The translations under genes were made by a program, and so were the position numbers. The notes under the pieces are model-generated. The model was not told the DNA's origin and did not search any database. It worked only from the letters and a program-made list of their open reading frames with translations. Positions 59,801 to 64,000 of a DNA stretch of 64,000 nucleotides are shown here, piece by piece. Source of the DNA: Fimicolochytrium jonesii (Eukaryota); contig NW_026515677.1 of assembly GCF_025526975.1 (NCBI RefSeq), positions 62,001 to 126,000 of the forward strand. The letters run 5' to 3'. Positions within the stretch are counted from its first letter, which is position 1. The number at the start of each line of letters is the position of its first letter.

Positions 59801-62145
59801 CATCTTCATGAACAGGCCCGCTTTGCGAGCGCAGGTCGGGTGGAAGGAGGTGTAGCAGTTGCGGTTGGAGCATTGGATTGGGGCGCCGACGTGTTGGTGG
59901 CATAAGAAACATTGCTAAAAGATGACGGTCAATCAGTCGGTCATCAGTCAAAACACCAAACTAAACGCCTTGTGAAATGATAACACTCACCAAACGCCAC
60001 CGACTCCTCGGAATCCTCTCCACGTCCACCACCGGCTCCATGACCGTCAAATTCTGGATACTGCATTCTGGCACCCACATCGCGCACAGAAGGTGGGCCC
60101 AGCCCTGGCCGCTGGTTTGTTTGAAAGCGCCGTCGGTATGTGGGCAAAGGATGCAGCTCTGTGGGGTGGTATGGACCGTGTGAGTAAAGCCATACTGGGA
60201 TTTGCGCAGGGATGGGAGCCTGACGTACTACGGGTTTGTGGGGACTGAGCATGCACCGCCGACAGAGCCATTGGCCTTCGGGTACAAAGGGGATTCCGTA
60301 GCAGTCTGTGAAAAACACACCGTAAGTATAAGGGAAACAAGCTGTGACTAAGCGCGCACCCGTGGTCTCCTCCTTCGTCCACATACCCTGATGCACAGGA
60401 ATGTCACACCCATCGCAAAAAACGATCGCATTCGAGTTCTCGCATTCCCCGTCATCGCAGACCGCACAGACGGGATCTCCTTCCTCGTCGCGGGTAGAAG
60501 GAATATCCTTCGTCTGAGAAGAACCTCGGGAGATAAGTTGCTGATTTCGAACCGGGGCACCAGAACGCGACTTCACGGCACTTACCAAATCGAACCACTC
60601 CTTCTCCAAACAATCCATAACCTGCTCAAAATAATCCTCCTGCACAGCCGCGAGCCCCGTCTTTTTCCTCTGCTCATTCACCATATTCAGCCAACACAGA
60701 TCATGCTCGTCCATGTCGTACTCCACGCGCGCAGCCAGCTCATGCTCGTTCGGCTCGGCGTGGTGGATGTATGCCGCGGTTAAGCGAAAGCGTTTGGCGG
60801 TGCGGTAGCCAAGCTCGTCGGTGTCCGTTAGGAGGCGGAAGGAAGGGGTGGGTAGATTAGTTGGGGCGGGTGGGAGGGTGGGAAGGGTGTCGAGGGTTGA
60901 GAGGAGGTGATCAAGGCCGTCGTAGGGCGTTGGGGCACGGCGGGTGTCGGAGCCTTCGTCGCTGCTTGGTATGTTGACGGACGCGGGGGTGGCGGAGTCG
61001 TCGGTGAGGGAGTCAGCGGTAGGTTGGAGGGAGACGACGTCTTCTTCGGGGAATAGGGCCGTTGCGAGGTCAATTTCGGTGGTTTGTTGTTGGACAGTGT
61101 AGTCCAAGTCAACGGATGATGGCTCAGCGTTTGTTTGATCGGGTATATGCACATCTACATTATCGACACTCGCAATTTCGGGTTCACCTTCTGCAACTTC
61201 CGGTTTTCCGGTGAAGAGTTTTGTTGAGATCTGCTGAGCTGCTGCTATGGCTGCGTTCGCTAGAGCGCTTAGAGTACCGTTGGGTTCGGGCCGAGGCTCG
61301 GAGGCGTCCGCTCGCTCTGGAGAGTTTGTTAATGGAAGTTCTGGCGATGTCAAAGATTCCTGATCCAACTCCATGGTCGTCGTTTCTATTTGTGCATCGA
61401 GCACTACATGAGTGGAGATCCCATTTATAGCGTCACCCGCAGGATATCTCCTTGCGTTCATTATCGCCTCTCCGTTCGCGATCTGCTGTCCATATATGGT
61501 ACCACCAGCAGGAGAGCTCGCTTCGTTCATGGTCGCCTCTCCGTTCGCGACGTCCTCTCCGTTTGCAATCGCCTCTCCATTGACATTCGCCTGTACATTC
61601 ACATTCACAATCGCCTCTCCACCGGCTATTGAGTCTTCGCTAGCGATCAACTCTCCGTTCGGTATCCCTTCTCCACCAAAAAGCGCCTTTTCATTCGCAG
61701 CCGGCTCTTCATCCGCTCTCTGCTTCGCTACCACCTCCTCCACCTCTGGCCTTGGAACAATCAACACCGGCAACTCCACCGTAGTCTCCAAATCCGGAAA
61801 CAAGACTCTATACGACCCTTCTTCGGGCGGGGCATTATTTGCGTGGTCATGGTCATCCTGTCGCTGCTGTTGCTGCTGCTGGTCAGGAAACGGCGACGGC
61901 GATCCTGCATCATACAGATAAGCGTTTTCCTGCACACGCCGAGGCCTGCCTCGGGTGGGCGCTACGTTGAGTTTGAGCGCTGTGCTGGTGAGTGTTATTG
62001 AGAGAGGTGGGTCTGCAGGTGCGATGGTTGGAGAAGACGTTCCCGTGAGAGGGGTGATGGAGATGCCCGTGTTTCGCCTTGTAGCCCTCCCCGGTGGCAT
62101 TTGCGCGGGTGTTGGTGGTGGTGGTAGAGGGTCTTCCTGGGGCAT
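56897..62145 (-). CDS. NTO1: BRPF/NTO1-like NuA3 histone acetyltransferase scaffold (EPC, PHD-Zn knuckle-PHD, bromodomain), multi-exon
   Basis: VEYDMDEHD..LEKEWFDL; CAVCDDGECENSNAIVFCDGC..CYGIPFVPEGQWLCRRC; YWAFKREARRGAPLLKRL; bromodomain PMDFSTM..WTNSMLYN; 3' end approximate. Confidence 0.88.
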
Positions 62146-64000
62146 GTTCTCTCTCCCTCTCCCTCCACGATGGCAAGAAGGGTTGACTTTCTGTTTTCCG
62201 CCGGAATTCCCCTCCCGTTGCGGCTAACACGGCATTCGTTTTTGAATTCTCAGTGGGTGATATTCTTCTCAGGAAGCTCTTTCGGGTTGTCGTAGACTGT
62301 TGTAGGTGAATTGAAGTCTAAGCAGAGCGAGATCAGTTGCTGTGGGGAGTAACTGTCAGGGTTTTGTGGTTGGTATTGTTCCCACTGTGAGGACTTCGGA
62401 CTCCTTCAAAAGAACCAACGCGGGAGTGCAATAGACGGTCGAAAGTGGAAGCGAGTCGAGAAGAATACAACAGGGCTGGCAGGAGTGGGTCTTCGGTCTT
62501 GTGGATGAGCTGCTGCTTGTGTGGGTCTGTGGTTCCAATGTTGGTCCCTTGCAGCCCTTTCTCTCCCGCTGTCCGGCAAACCAACGCGTCTCTCTCAGTT
62601 GCGCACCGTTTGTCTTGTCCAGAGGGGAAGGCAACCAACCACACACACAGCGACAAACCGTTGCAAGCTACATACGTACAGCAGACGGTGCTGAGCGTGG
62701 GGCCAGGGCAATCTGGGGACTGTGCCTGAGAGAGTCTCAACCGTTGCGAGCAAGGGATAGAAGTGGGCTCCATCCTCTCCATCCTCGCGCTTCGCGTCTT
62801 GATAGTAACTCTTCCGACCATGGAGCGAAGGGAAGCTCAGAAGAGCGGAGCGCGGGTAGCCGTATTGAACGAACCACGGCAGCAGCGAATCTACGGCTCA
62901 ATCAAGCACTGGATAAGGAATATTGGGAAGGAAAATAGAAGAAGGCGTACCCTTGAACTGCCGGGCACACTCTGATCTCCTCTCACATAAGCGCCGGCGG
63001 ACAGGAAGGATACAGCTCCGCCGATGAGCGTGAGGACGGCTACGACTGCTGCAGCAGAGGCCGTTCAGAAGGATCAGCTCTGCCTAACAGGTGTCCGAGA
63101 GCGGCAGGGCCGCGTTTTTTGGATACAGCTCGGGCCAGCATATCGAATGGCGAGAGAGTTTCAGTAGCGTGGGCTACGAAGGCTGCAAATATATACAGCG
63201 GATGAGACGACAAGAGACCGCAAGGGAGACACAGGGAGCGAGGAGAACCAGGACGGGAAGCGTTGCCCACCGCCAGGAAACGACAGATGAAGGACCAGTG
63301 CCGGTGGGGATACCTTTTCGACTCCAAGCGGCAGCTTGAAGAGATATGCCCGAGGCGAATGAACCCCGGTGGCCATACAATACTCATCAAGCGCAAAGAT
63401 GGGAGGACCGGACCAGAAGGGAGAGGTGGGCGAATTTGTCACAGCCTGGATTGATAGAGTAGTTTAGGCTTTCGCCCGTTGGATGAGCAGCGAGGCCGAA
63501 CACGGCACTACCAGAAACACACGCACCACCTCGCCCCGCTCCCAATCCATTTGACAAGCTAGTAAAACACGGCATGAACACACGCGCCTCAATTGACAAA
63601 ATACAGATAGATCTTCACTTACCTTCATTCTGTGTGATGGTAACTCCTTCCATCGGAAGTTTGCCTCTCTGCTTCTGCTCCCCTATCTGTTGCATAGATC
63701 CATTGCTCCCCGGGTATATGGAGAATCCAATGGACTGGTTCTCTTGTTACCCGCACGAGGTTGAGAACGCTCGCGGTTGGGAGGCGTAGAGGGAGAAGGC
63801 TTGACGGAGATTAGGGAGGATGTTGCGTATGTGCGTGAGGGGATGCGTGAGGATGCCAGCCCAGAGCTGGGCGGATTTTTGTGAAGAGATCAGAAGGTGG
63901 CAGGGTTTTGTAATGTAGAGCGGGCAATCATTATTGGTATTTACAGCTAGTAGCCAAAAAAAAGTCATTATAGGGGATTACAGTGTCTTTACACGAACTA

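Noticed and set aside
56897..62145. Functional link between the H3-reading BRPF/NTO1 gene and the H3-mimic ORF
   Set aside because: About 28 kb apart; a conserved housekeeping gene, so proximity is most likely chance.
62300..64000. Short ORFs at the window end
   Set aside because: No motifs or coherent gene model visible.

Overview
Eukaryotic, GC-rich genomic DNA with short GT-AG introns, most likely an early-diverging fungus such as a chytrid (inference from a secreted S41 peptidase, an ACE-like M2 peptidase and BRPF/NTO1 with a bromodomain). Two gene-containing flanks surround a ~25-kb gene-free island of nested LTR retrotransposons (~24.4-49.4 kb). The left flank holds a fasciclin, an S41 peptidase, a DUF7918-like gene, an SDR, tRNA-Glu(TTC) and a SERHL-like hydrolase. 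The right flank holds an ACE/M2 peptidase, a single-pass membrane protein and a BRPF/NTO1-like gene. The island holds two Ty3/Gypsy and two Ty1/Copia families plus four solo LTRs with intact 5-bp TSDs. The most notable items are: (1) an intact antisense ORF between pol and the 3' LTR of a Copia element carrying the exact histone H3 tail sequence KQTARKS (H3 K4-S10); (2) a Copia arrangement matching an inverted autointegration circle, with an inverted 5-bp TSD; (3) a ~3-kb near-perfect inverted repeat around a 2.6-kb core; (4) non-canonical LTR termini; (5) duplicated tRNA 5' fragments upstream of tRNA-Glu. All assignments come from manual reading; no searches were run.
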